Assembly: GCA_013239625.1 (NCBI GenBank)
Contig: MU054220.1
Coordinates: 5,502,626-5,566,625, forward strand
From: Lama guanicoe
Lineage: Eukaryota
DNA length: 64,000 bases
Direction of reading: 5' to 3'
The notes beneath the pieces are model-generated. The model made no database searches. It saw only the letters and a program-made list of their open reading frames with translations, and was not told where the DNA came from. This document shows, piece after piece, positions 10,725 through 21,098 of this stretch. The translations under genes were made by a program, and so were the position numbers. Position 1 is the first letter of the stretch. Each line of letters begins with the position of its first letter.

Positions 10725-12629
10725 TTTTTTTTAACATTTTTTTATTGATTTATAATCATTTTACAATACTGCGTCAAATTCCAGTGTAGAGCACAATTTT
10801 CAGTTGTACATGAACATACATATATTCATTGTCACATTTTTTTCCTCTGTGAGCTACCATAAGATCTTGTATATATTTCCCTGTGCTATACAGTATAATC
10901 TTGTTTATCTATTCTACATTTTGAACTCCCAGTCTGTCCCTTCCCACCCCCCACCCCCTTGGCAACCACAAGTTTGTATTCTATGTCTATGAGTCTGTTT
11001 CTGTTTTGTATTTATGTTTTGTTTTGCTTTGTTTTTTTAGATTCCACATATGAGGGATCTCATATGGTGTTTTTCTTTCTCTTTGTGGCTTACTTCACTT
11101 AGAATGACATTCTCCAGGAATATCCATGTTGCTGCAAATGGCGTTATGTTGTCGGTTTTTATGGCTGAGTAGTATTCCATTGTATAAATATACCACCTCT
11201 TCTTTATCCAGTCACCTGTTGATGGACATCTAGGCTGCTTCCATGTCTTGGCTATTGTAAATAGTGCTGCTATGAACATTGGGATGCAGGTGTCATTTTG
11301 AAGTAGGGTTCCTTCTGGATATATGCCCAGGAGTGGGATTCCTGGATCATATGGTAAGCCTATTCCTAGTCTTTTGAGGAATCTCCATACTGTTTTCCAC
11401 AGTGGCTGCACCAAACTGCATTCCCACCAGCAGTGTAGGAGGGTTCTCTTTTCTTCACAGCCTTTCCAGCATTTGTCATTTGTGGACTTCTGAATGATGG
11501 CCATTCTGACTGGTGTGAGGTGATAACCTCATTGTAGTTTTGATTTGCATTTCTCTGATAATTAGTGATATTGAGCATTTTTTCATGTGCCCATTGATCA
11601 TTTGTATTTCTTCCTCGGAGAATTGCTTGTTTAGGTCTTCTGCCCATTTTTGGATTGAATTGTTTGTTTTTCTCATATTAAGTCATATGAACTGCTTATA
11701 TATTCTGGAGATCAAGCCTTTGTCAGTTTCATTTGCAAAAATTTTCTCACATTCTGTAGGTTATCTTTTTGTTTTACTTATGGTTTCCTTTGCTGTGCAG
11801 AAGCTTGTAAGTTTCATTAGATCCCATTTGTTTATTCTTGATTTTATTTCTACTACTTGGGTAGACTGTTCTAGGAGAACATTTTTGAGATGTATGTCAG
11901 ATAATGTTTTGCCTATATTTTCTTCTAGGAGGTTTATTGTATCTTGTCTTATGTTTAAGTCTTTGATCCATTTTGAGTTGATTTTTGTATATGGTGTAAG
12001 GGAGTGTTCTAGCTTCAATGATTTACATGCTGCTGTCCAATTTTCCCAACACCATTTGCTAAAGAGACTGCCTTTATTCCATTGTATAATCTTGCCTCCT
12101 TTGTCAAAGATTAGTTGACCAAAAGTTTGTGGGTTCATTTCTGGGCTCTCTGTTCTGTTCCATTGGACTGTATGTTTGTTTTTGTACCAATACCATGCTG
12201 CCTTGATGACTGTAGCTCTATAGCATTGTCTTAAGTCTGGGAGAGTTATTCTTCCAGCCTCTTTGTTTTTCTTCAGTAATGCTTTGGCAATTCTAGGTCT
12301 TTGATGGTTCCATATGAATTTTATTATGATTTGTTCTAGTTCTGTGAAGTATGTCCTGGGTAATTTGATAGGAATTGCATTCAGTCTGTAGATTGCCTTG
12401 GGCAGTGTGATCATTTTAACAATATTAATTCTTCTGATCCAAGAGCATGGAATATCTTTCCATTTTTTAAAGTCTTCTTTAATTTCCTTCATCAATGGTT
12501 TATAGTTTTCTGTGTATAATTCTTTACCTCCTTGGTTAGATTTATTCCTAGGTATTTTATTACTTTGGGTGCTATTTTAAAGGGGATTGTTTCTTTACTT
12601 CCTTTTTCTATTGATTCATCATTAGTGTA
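10725..12629 (-). mobile_element. Young 5'-truncated LINE-1 (1.9 kb; ORF2 C-terminal part, 3'UTR and A-tail), camelid-like
   Basis: Perfect 15-bp TSD TCACTTTAATTTCTT (10710-10724 and 12630-12644), T-run tail at the left end, L1 endonuclease-type site TCTT/GA, and ORF2-like translations. Confidence 0.97.
11037..12629 (-). pseudogene. Disrupted L1 ORF2p C-terminal region (post-RT region plus Cys-rich CCHC motif)
   Basis: Contains '[18 protein letters not shown]...[15 protein letters not shown]' and '[18 protein letters not shown]...YTMEYYSAIK'. Premature stop at 11761-11763 and a frameshift near 11525. Confidence 0.95.
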
Positions 12630-12661
12630 TCACTTTAATTTCTTGATTTTTAAAATTGAAA

Positions 12662-13102
12662 GGGTGTGTTTGTTTCCTGAAAGCGGAACCTGAGGCAAGT
12701 ATTTGAGTGGAAGGAGGTTTTTAGGAAACAGATGTGAAGAACTAAAGAAGGAAGGAAAAACAAAATAAGGTAACATTATTGAGGTCACTTCTGTAGGCAA
12801 CAGGGTTCAATTCTTCTGGGTCTCCTGAACAGCCTACCATATGTGACCCAGAATCACCCACTTGGAAGAAGGGAGACTGGAGCACCTATCCACTCACTCC
12901 TCTCCCTTATTTGTAGAGAGTTGCACCCAATGACTCTACTTGCATGATGCTTAGTGAGCTGACCACAGAGCAAAAGGTAGAAAGGCAAGACACATGACTG
13001 AAGTGGGAAATTGGCAGTGCAAAGGAAGCAAGTGCTTTCACGGGAATGTCCACCATGGTTGCAGCTGAAATCAGAGGTGGGCTTAGGGGATATCTGCCAC
13101 AC
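12662..13102 (-). mobile_element. ERVL solo LTR (LTR33-like)
   Basis: 'ttcctgaaagcggaacctgaggcaagtatttgagtggaaggaggttt', 'ggagactggagcacctatccactcactcc', ending 'tctgccaca'. Confidence 0.7.
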
Positions 13103-13204
13103 AGAATTAGAATAGACACACTTGAAAATATGTTTCAACATAGAATTTATAAATCCATGCAATTTCAGATCTGGAGTTAGATGCAACTACTTAATCTAAC
13201 TACG

Positions 13205-13312
13205 TTTTTCAGTGGTGGAAGCTAAGGTCCAAAAAGAAAAAATATTTATCTAAGTCCCACAGTGAATTAGTGGATAAACTGAGCCTCAAGTTTACATCCC
13301 CTGAACTCTGGC
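13205..13312 (-). mobile_element. MIR relic
   Basis: 'ggaagctaaggtccaaa...tttatctaagtcccacagtgaattagtgg'. Confidence 0.5.
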
Positions 13313-14306
13313 CACTGTACCTCTTGGCCCACTTCCTAGCTGATACTAATTAATGCCTAATTAATGCCTACTTTCTTTTTGTAGCCTGGAAGTTTGGAAG
13401 ATAGTTACCTCCACTGGCTTAGTTGAGCCTTTTCAGAAGCACCCCTAATAGGGTTGCCTTATCCCTACTAGCTAATTCCTCCTGAGACTCCAGGATAAGA
13501 GGGATCAGGATGATAATTAGAGAGAAGCAGGCAGCTCCTTCTCCAGAACTGTGCATCTCTCATATTGCTCATCTCTACCCCTTGTAATCCTCTCGCACTG
13601 CCATTGCCAGCTGTATTTGCATACATCTATTGTGCACAGCAAAGGCTCTGAAAGTGATGAGGACGGATTGCCAGAACATGAAATCCAATAAGGATACTGA
13701 GTTCCATCTTCTGAACTAAGGAGCATGATAATTAAAGCAGTATTTACAATGCAATAAAGGCAGAGCTAATTACTGGCAAATGAGATTGAGATGATGTTCT
13801 TTCCCAGTGAAACTAGACTGGGATCAGCCTTTAAAATAAATCCTCCAACTGTCTCTTTTGTTTATTGTGATCTTCATAATTCCCTTCTTGGCAATGCTTG
13901 CCTAATTCATTGCTACTCAATAGAAAATAATTAATGGAAACTGAGGTAGGAATGATAGAAAGAGCTCAGGACAACTGTTTAGAGCTCCTGAATCACTAAC
14001 ACAGAAATAAAGATGTGGAGGAGAAGGGGGCTGTTGGTGATGACTTTAAGTCAAAAAGAGGTCATTCTGAATAGGCAGCAGGGCCTAATCCTTTGCTAAG
14101 GTGCATGAAGCTTTAGATTTGATAACTACATCCTGTTCACATACAGGTGTGGCACATTAGGAGCTGTCTGTTCTTCATCTTCACTATTAAAGATACAAAC
14201 TGGATTAGCAGCCTTTTTTATGGTGCCGTGACTCATTAGTGCTATCCAAAGAGAGTCACTGTCACCATCCCCATTCTCAAAATATTTGAAGTAAAAATTA
14301 CTAATA

Positions 14307-14515
14307 CAGAAGTCAGCAAACTTTTTCTGTAAAGACCCAGACAGTAAACATTTTTGGCTTTGTCAAGCCACATAGAAACTTTGTCATATCTCCTTCTTCT
14401 CCTTTTTTGTTCTTCTTAACCCTTTAAAAATATAAAAAACATTCTTAGCTTCTGGGTCATACTAAAACAGGACGTGGCTGAAGGTGGCCTTCAGGCCATG
14501 GTGTGCTGACCACTG
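14307..14515. mobile_element. hAT-Charlie MITE (MER58 family, MER58C-like)
   Basis: TIRs CAGAAGTCAGCAAAC / GTGTGCTGACCACTG (12/15 match). Internal 'ttttctgtaaagacccagacagtaaacatttttggcttt' and 'tttaaaaatataaaaaacattcttagct'. Confidence 0.85.
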
Positions 14516-15016
14516 AAATACATTATATACTCAAGTACTCTGCCAAAAAGTACCTCTATTGGTACAGAATCAAATAATCAAACAGTGATATCCTGTCCAT
14601 CTACTCCTATCAAGGATTAAATTTGGGGTCGAAGTAAGATGTAGAATTAGGGGAGGGTGCCAGAAAGACAGCCCTAGGGCAGTGATGGACAATATTACTT
14701 TTTGTATGATGATCCTTTCTAGGTTGACCCTTATTTTTTTTTAAGTTACATTTAAAATCAAGAAATGTGATATCTGCAACTTTAAGAATTCTTGTATTAC
14801 TTCCCCCATTTACTCTCTTTCCCTCTATTTTTATCATTTATGGCTTAATTTTTAGAACATATCTAACTAAGATTAATTTCAGTATCTTAGGCAATGCTGG
14901 TTTTAGTAACACCTTTTGTGTGAGAGGAGTGTGATGGTTTGAGGAATTGAGGGGTAAGGAAGTAATTTGGCATCAGGGTTCAACCACAGGCTAGGGACTA
15001 AACAACAGTTCTATGG

Positions 15017-15242
15017 CAGTACTTCCCAACAAAGGAATTGATATATTGATATTTTGCAGGACAGTCTCATTTACCACCTTTAGATTTCTGGTCCTCTCCC
15101 ACTAAACGACAGACCAACTCTCCAATCCCTGTGACAACAGCAACACTTCCCACACCCAGGCGCATATTCAAATCCCATCACTGACACTCCTACCCAGGGG
15201 ATGGGGTGGGTGGGCAGTATTCTCCATGGTTGAGACCCACTG
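15017..15242. mobile_element. Possible hAT MITE relic
   Basis: Termini 'cagtacttcccaac' and 'gttgagacccactg' resemble hAT-Charlie TIRs. Interior not confidently assigned. Confidence 0.35.
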
Positions 15243-15889
15243 TGTTATCTAGTTCTTAGGTGCTGAGGATGCAGTATGAAGGGGTATCTCATAGGTCATT
15301 GAGAATATGGCTGCAGGGAGAAGCCATATTGGAACTGGTGGCTGCAGAGCTCTGTGCTGTGACATAGTCCCCTTCTTCAATCCCACTCTATATTACGGTC
15401 AAGAAGAGAATATTCTTGCCACAATCCCTCCTCAGGAGAGGAGGAGGGCCAGTTTTCTTAAATCTGTGTGCCCTCTCATCCATGCTGTCATATACTAGGT
15501 AACAAGGCTTGAAGCATCACATCACCAGTTCCCTGTGCATAGCTCAGTCCAGTGTGGCCCCAGGGGCGTACATCTGGGAGAAGTACCAAAATCAAAGGAT
15601 GGCTTTCACAGTGTGTGTAAAGAGAGGGTGGGTTACACCACGTTGATTTACATACGTTTGGTTTTGTATTTCTGAAAGGAAGGCTGTGTTCTCATAGCTA
15701 GGTGAGTTGGAGATGGCTATTCTAGGGCACTCCAAATTCCATATGTGCTTTTGTGTGTCATGTTCGTTGGGAGAGAGTTGGTGCACTGGGCCTTCTGTTC
15801 TCATTCAACAATGGCTCAAGGGTAAGTGCTGTGAATAATAGATGGCCATATGATTCAAAGCCAGCAGCAGCTGCACATTTGATAGAATT

Positions 15890-16105
15890 TCAGCATGATG
15901 TATGGAAAAGGCATGCGTTTTAGAGTTAGATAATTGTATATTTAAATCCCTTATCTACCACTTTCTAGTAGAGAAACCCTAGGACATTTATTCAACTTCT
16001 CTAAATCTCAGAGGTTATAATGCTTTCCTTGCAGGGTGCAGGGTAAGACAATTCACTGTAAGTGTCCATCCCAATGCCCAGGCCATAGTAGTTGTTCAAT
16101 ATTCC
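15890..16105 (+). mobile_element. MIR SINE
   Basis: 'cagcatgatgtatggaaaaggcatgcgttttagagttaga...tttaaatccc...ttattcaacttctctaaatctcag...ggccatagtagttgttcaata'. Confidence 0.75.
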
Positions 16106-16299
16106 ACTGCTATTGATAAAAATAAAAATAAATTAGATGATACTATGTACAGAAGCATGGGCTACTGACTATCCATTATTGACTGATGCTAATCAGCAAT
16201 AGTTAAGATAGGTGTTCTGTACATGTCTAGGAGTGCAAAGTGACTCTTCTTTTTCAGGCCAGGATCCTTTTGCATGTGACTTTAAGCACATGGGCTCTG

Positions 16300-16532
16300 T
16301 GAGGCAGTGTGGCATAGCATCCAGGAAAAACCTATCTCTGTCCTTCCTAGTTCCTGGTTTGCCTCTTCCCAATTCTATGTCTTTGGGGGAAGTTTTTCAA
16401 TCCTAATATACCTTTCCTTCTTCTCTATAAAATAAAGGTATCTAAATAGATCTCTCTGGGTAATTGTGAGGATGAAATGTGACAACAAATCATCAGCTGC
16501 AGCATCTAGTAAATACTAGGTGCTCAGTACAA
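16300..16532 (+). mobile_element. MIR SINE
   Basis: 'gaggcagtgtggcatag...ttctctataaaataaagg...ttgtgaggatgaaatgtgacaa...taggtgctcagta'. Confidence 0.7.
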
Positions 16533-17060
16533 GCGGATTTTCTTTATCTTCCTGTTCAGGGTTTGTCCTTGGCAAGATTTTCAGTAGACTCTGTTTGCCT
16601 TTAACTTGATTCCCTTGCTTCTCTGCACTTTTCTCTTTCAATGTGTTGAATTTTCTGGTCTCTGAGGCACCCTAATAGTCCACTCACATTAAGGTGAAGG
16701 TAATTTCTTACTTTGCTGTCTGTTTCCATTTGGCACATGGGGGAACCCTGCTTCCGTTACTATTAAAGAGGCATTATACAGTTTATGATCATTAAAAGTG
16801 ACAGTATATCAGTCAGGTATGAAAAGTACCGTTGGTCATTTGGAGCCAATATTGGGCCCCTGGATAGGTCAGCCAAGTGGGGGTTGATCTAGGGTTGACC
16901 ACGTACCTGGGATGATGATAATCCAGAACTACAGTGAGACAACGCACCAACCTGCGCTGAGTCTGGCATAAGACAAACCTTGAACAATAAGCCAGAAGGA
17001 GATAAAGAAGCAAAAGTTGATAGGATCTGTAAATTTCAGCAGGTTTATTGTAATGTTGTA

Positions 17061-17417
17061 CAGGTCTACAATTTTTTATCCAAAACCCCTGGGGACAAAT
17101 GTGCTTTGGAATTCAAAATTTTTAGGTTTAGAAAGGTGCTGCAGTACATACAGTGCACATTATACACTACTCCCAGCAAGGTCGGGGCAACACCCCATTA
17201 TCAAGCACACTGTTACTTTCTCAGCAGAGTGGATACATATTCACACTAATTAGAGTAAATAAAAGATTAAAAATAGCCTTATGTCCGTCCAGGTCAGGTT
17301 TTTCCACTGAATGAGATCAAGTCAGGTTATATTTTGACAGCAAGTGAATCAGAAAAATACTTCTGGCTTTCAGAAGTTTTTGTATTTTGGCATTGCTAAT
17401 AATGGACCGTGAACCTG
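17061..17417 (+). mobile_element. Tigger-type MITE MER46C, full length
   Basis: Starts TA|CAGGTCTACAAT and ends CGTGAACCTG (TIRs). Internal 'cccagcaaggtcggggcaacaccccattatcaa' and the duplicated 'caggtcaggtttt' unit are typical of MER46C. Confidence 0.85.
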
Positions 17418-17844
17418 AATTAGCCTACAGATAGAAAACTGTGGTCAAATATGAGTCAAGATAACAAAACTTCTCACACTCTGTTATCCTTGTAGCAAAG
17501 TTGATCTGTCTGTCCAGTGAATATTTATTGAGTGACAGCAACAACCTGCCAGGCAGAGGATATGACAGTGAAGACGATGGACAAAAATCCGTGCTTACGT
17601 GCTGCTTCTACCACAGCCCCAAGCACTTCCTCTTTTTCCTTTCTCTTTTAGGAAAAGGAACTGTTATCCTTCATCTGTTTTCACCTTTTCTGTAAGATTA
17701 TTTCTGTGCAATTTTACCTTTTCCGGGCTTGTCCAAGGAAGAAGTTCTCTCCTCTGTGAGCCTAGGGTCCTTGGTACATATCTCTGTTGAACATGTAACA
17801 CAGTGTAATCTATTCTTTCCCCATCTGACTCCCCAAGTGAAATG

Positions 17845-17928
17845 TGAGCCCTTGATAAGAGGAAGTTTTAGAGCCCAGATGCCTAATCTAGGGCCTGCAC
17901 ATAGTCAGCAAATGTTTGGTGAATAAAC
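17845..17928 (+). mobile_element. L2 3' end
   Basis: 'cccagatgcctaatctagggcctgcacatagtcagcaaatgtttggtgaataa'. Confidence 0.55.
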
Positions 17929-18539
17929 AAAACATCTGTTTCTCTGGGTGACTGAAATACCTTCATATCTCAATTTTATATAATTTTATGGGGTGGAGGA
18001 GAGAATTTAGCCACCCTCCCTTTTTCTGGTTCTCTGGTTGACTGGCCACTTCTTATGTTGAATTGTTAAGTTAGAACCAAGTAATAAAGCATATTTTTAG
18101 CATCACCCACCAGCAATGAATCACTAATAGTGACAATAATCTTACTTTTTCCTCCTGTCTTAGCTCTACAACATTATTACCCTTTTGCACTATCAGATAT
18201 TAAAATTGTGTTAATAATCAGGAACTGTATTAAACTGTCTAAAAGTTAAATAGGACAGTAGCACATCTGAAGGTTAGTGGCACTGAGTATAATTCACCAA
18301 AAACAAACTTAGCCCCTTGCTTCTCTGGAAAGGCAACCGACTATATGGTTTTCTGAAAGATTAATTATCATTATGAAATCTTTGCATATACATTAAAATC
18401 AATGTTATTGGCTGGCTAGGACTTTTAAGTCACAAATTAGAAGTTAAAATGATGGAATCACTCACCAGAGGCAGGTTATATGGGCTCCTTACTTTGGAGG
18501 GAATGTCTTCTTGCTTTCCACCTCCCTGCTGTTTTATTT

Positions 18540-18960
18540 GGTGTGGTTAGAAATAAGAGTCTGAGAAGCAGCTCAGATGTTAAGATTTTGGGGTCTCATT
18601 TATCTTCATCTGACCAGCTAGGCATCTTTAAGGACTTGACCTCTGTAGGACTGGAGTTTTCTGTTTATAGTGGGAAAGAAATATCTTCCCTCTCTTTTCT
18701 CTTCTAATAAGGCTATGAAGTTGAATGTGGTTAATACCCATGGATTTCTTTTCAACTCTTGAAATGAGAGATACTTCCATTCAGGTGTAGAGTAGAGAGA
18801 ATTCAAGGTCTTCTCTAACTCACTGACTGTGCTATCTTAGGTAGGAGACTTGAATTCTCTTTCCTCAGTTTACTTAACATTAATAAAGGAAGAGCAGTTT
18901 TTACCCTTTACCTTGAAGGATTGTTAAAAAGCACAATTGTTTGCAAAAGCACTTTGTAAA
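18540..18960 (+). mobile_element. Two adjacent MIR/MIR3 relics
   Basis: 'gtgtggttagaaataagagtctg...acttgacctctgtaggac' and 'ctcactgactgtgctatcttaggtaggagacttgaattctctttcctcagttt...gcactttgtaaa'. Confidence 0.55.
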
Positions 18961-20815
18961 AATTAGTTATTAAGCAAATGGTATCTGTATTTTTTAAATT
19001 ACAATGATAAGGTGAGTTGTTCACCTCACTACTGTTGATAATTTTACTCATGGGACCTAGACCAGAGTCTGTGTTGACTGGTAGAAGCTGACTCTTTCGT
19101 ACATGAAGCGATGCTCTGAGTGTTCATAAGATCTGAAGACTACCTGGGTCCTACGAGAATTTGGGTGGACTTTAAGGCCTAAGGTATGCATTATGTCTCA
19201 AGGAGATCAATCATGTGTGTACTTAAACAAAGACCTGTCTGGGACTACTTCCTGCATAATGAATTGTAAAAGAAGACACTAGGGATCGATAATCTAATCG
19301 AGCTCAAAGAGATATTTCCCATTCAGAGGCAAGGGCAGGCTTGGTCTATGAGTCTCAGAAAAGAACTAACCCAAAATTCTGTGAGCTTGAATTCAGATTA
19401 ACAGATTGACTCAACAAAAAAATAAACAAGCATTTTTGGTATCAAGTAAAGCTTAACAAAATAAAGAAAATAGGGGAAAAAAAAAGATTTGTGGGAAGAT
19501 TGAGAGAAATGGTCTTCCCAGGGACTTAATACTGCGAATGCTTGGAACCATCTTGAATCTCTCTCATAAAACCATGACTTACAGAATTTGATGAATTATC
19601 ATGCAGTATGTCAGAGAGGAGCCTCTTTGTCTGTCAAGGTCAAAGTGGATTAGCTTAAATGTCCTATGGTCTGCAGAAGCCTAACACTCTTCAAGATGTT
19701 GATGAATCTGGGGGAGGGGATTCTGTTTTCCAGATTTTCTCTGCCTACGGCCTCTTCCATACGTGTTTTTCTCTGCTGTCTTATTTCACTCAAAGAAGCT
19801 ATTTGTGAACCTGGATTTTATTAAAGACTTGGAGTTGCCTTTGCACATTTTACAGGCTCTACTAGAATGTGTTGTGTCAGTTTGGCTAAGATTGAAAATT
19901 CTAGCCATGATTGGCTCATTGGGAAAAAAAAAACACCTTTTTTTTTGTTGTTGCTGTTGTTGTTTGGTAAAGCAAAAACAAATGTAATACGAATTTGTCA
20001 AAAAAAGAATTTGTATATGATTTAGAAGATAGAAGTGAAGTGGAAATCACTGTTCTCGGAAGGTTGTTGTGGTCAGACAGAGATGGGTAGACAGACAGAT
20101 GCCCTGAGAATCCCAGCTTGTCTCCATGACTGCTGGCTCAGGTGGCAGCGGTGGCTCCAGGCCCACCCCAGGTCACTGCTCTGGGCCGACTGAGGAGACC
20201 GTCATGCAGAGGGAGGAGCTTCTCCAAAGTGGCAACATGCACAAGTCTTTCCACGAGCTCAGCCTTTGGGACCACAGGTACTTAGCTCCCACTTGTCCTT
20301 CCATGTCAGGATGTCAGATAAACTGGTTGGTTAAGCTTTCTTTGATCTTTCCACTCACCCCTTCCATTTTCTCGGCTCCTGCCACGGTTGTCTGAAGTCT
20401 AATTCCTATGCTAACCCTTTGTCCGTTGATTACTTATAGCATCTTGACTGATAATACAGCCTTTCCTGTAGTCTTTGCTTCTCTCCCGTAACCCCACTCA
20501 CCGATCATTTCTCTCTTATCTTCATCTCCTTGTCTGGAGCAACAAATAAAATGTTTCCTTTTTCTTATGTCTAAAGTTTTTTTTTTTTCTGCATCAGACA
20601 TTCTGGGACTCTAATTGTACTCTCATCTCATAAGAAAGTATTTCCAAAGCATAACTTCCTTCTTTAGAGGAATATGAGCACTGAATATTTAGATTTCAGC
20701 GTTTTACCTGTTGTTGCATGTATTTGGAGGCATGCCAGGCCTTACAGTTTTTCTCCATTTACTTGGCAATGTATCTTTCTGTTAGATTAGCATACAAGGC
20801 ATTTCATGAAACTTA

Positions 20816-21098
20816 TGTGGCAGGTTGAAAATGGTCCTCCAAAGATATGTTCACATTCTATTCCCTGGAGCTTGAAAATGCTACTTTATTGGGAGAAAAA
20901 AGTTTTTGTAGATGTGATTAAATGGAGAATCTTCAGAAAAGGAAACTATCCTGGATTATCCAGGTGGGCCTTAAATATCATCACATATATTCTTACAAGA
21001 GGAAGGCAGGGTGAGATGATACCACCACACAGAAGAGGAGGAATCTAGTGACCACTGAAGCAGATATTGGAGTGATGCAGAAACAAAGAATGCCAACA
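20816..21098 (+). mobile_element. MaLR LTR (MLT1C/D-like), 5' part, interrupted by L1
   Basis: TG start 'tgtggcaggttgaaaatggtcctccaaagatatg', then 'gtagatgtgattaaatggagaatctt...tatcctggattatccaggtgggccttaaat'. Confidence 0.9.

Noticed and set aside
11540..12118. 192-aa plus-strand hydrophobic ORF
   Set aside because: It is the antisense reading of L1 ORF2, a common artefact.
11761..12495. 244-aa ORF as a functional gene
   Set aside because: It is a fragment of a 5'-truncated L1 ORF2 lacking EN and the RT core, and it ends at a premature stop.
19924..19946. A10-cacc-T9 hairpin or terminator
   Set aside because: Adjacent homopolymers only; intrinsic terminators are not relevant in mammalian DNA.
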